Shown piece by piece: positions 63,250 to 64,000 of a stretch of 64,000 bases of DNA (within the stretch, counting starts at the first letter, position 1; each line of letters begins with the position of its first letter). The notes below the pieces were generated by a model. It was given only the letters and a program-made list of their open reading frames with translations, ran no database searches and was not told the origin of the DNA. The DNA is from Felis catus (Eukaryota). The position numbers and the translations under genes were made by a program. The stretch is taken from contig NC_058368.1 of NCBI RefSeq assembly GCF_018350175.1, positions 74,588,001 through 74,652,000 of the forward strand, in the 5' to 3' direction.

Positions 63250-64000
63250 TTTTATGTTTGGAGAAGATTTGGAGTGGTTTGAATTTTAGTCCATTTACAT
63301 CTGTAATCCTGATAAAATAGAACGTGTGTCTCCACTTTGCCATTAGGTCTTTGGTTCATCTGTTTCTCCATTGTTGTGTCCTCTTATATGAAATAGATAT
63401 TTTCTAGTGTGCCATTATAATTCCATGGTCATTTTTTTTACTGGATTTTGGAGTTACTTTCTTAGTTACTGTCATGGAGGTATAGCACACCTTTTCATGT
63501 ATAACAATCAAGTTTGGATTAAGAACAACTTGATTTCAATAGTGTATGAAAACTTTTCTCCAATATTACTCTGTGCCTTCACCCCTCATTTGAGCTGTTA
63601 TTATCATACCAATTACATTTTATCATTGTGTGTCCATCAGCACAAATTTATAATTATGATTTTATGTGGTTGTCATTTAAATAAAGTAGGAGAAAAAAGT
63701 TATGAATAGAAAGTATATTCATATCATGTTTTATATTGACCTATGCGGTTACAATTATTAGTGTTTTTTATTTTCTTTTGTGTATTTGAATTACTGTCTA
63801 GTGTCCATTTCTTTAAGCCAGAAAGACTCCCTTTAATATCTCTCACATTTCTCAGTTGTATCTGGGAATGTTGTTATTTATTAATTTTTCATTTTTTTGA
63901 AGAATGGTTTTGCTGTGTATTCAATTTTTGTGACAGTATATTTCTTTCATTACTTTGAATATATAGCCCCATTAGCTGCTGGCCTTCATGGTTTCTGATG
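63250..64000 (-). mobile_element. Old L1 (L1M) fragment running off the window end
   Basis: T-rich; tttctttcattactttgaatatatagccccattagctgctggccttcatggtttctgatg resembles L1M antisense. Confidence 0.55.

Noticed and set aside
1..64000. Numt, non-retroviral endogenous viral element, processed pseudogene or prokaryotic insert
   Set aside because: By eye I found no segment with such coding signatures; highly decayed ones cannot be excluded without homology searches.

Overview
Mammalian, felid (cat-family) genomic DNA. The assignment rests on about 36 tRNA-derived CanSINE insertions, including eight copies of a young SINEC_Fc-like variant, most with clear target-site duplications (TSDs). I can support no protein-coding gene, RNA gene or CRISPR array. 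The ORF track is explained by SINE and microsatellite read-through or by chance, so the window looks intronic or intergenic. Older repeats are L1 fragments, L2, MIR, MER5, three MaLR (MLT1) LTRs and a decayed ERV-L provirus whose gag is still readable by hand translation (minus strand, about 41.9-43.7 kb). The most notable structures are: (i) a perfect 48-bp inverted repeat around an AT-rich tract at 45.4-46.3 kb; (ii) three SINEs inserted in tandem at the same reused target site at 48.0-48.7 kb; (iii) the ERV-L gag fossil; (iv) several small template-switch-like duplications; (v) repeat-poor, motif-rich blocks that may be conserved enhancers, some inside a 17-kb SINE-poor zone. I found no convincing new multi-gene system. 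Repeat subfamily names come from remembered consensus sequences, not database searches, and boundaries of old repeats are approximate.
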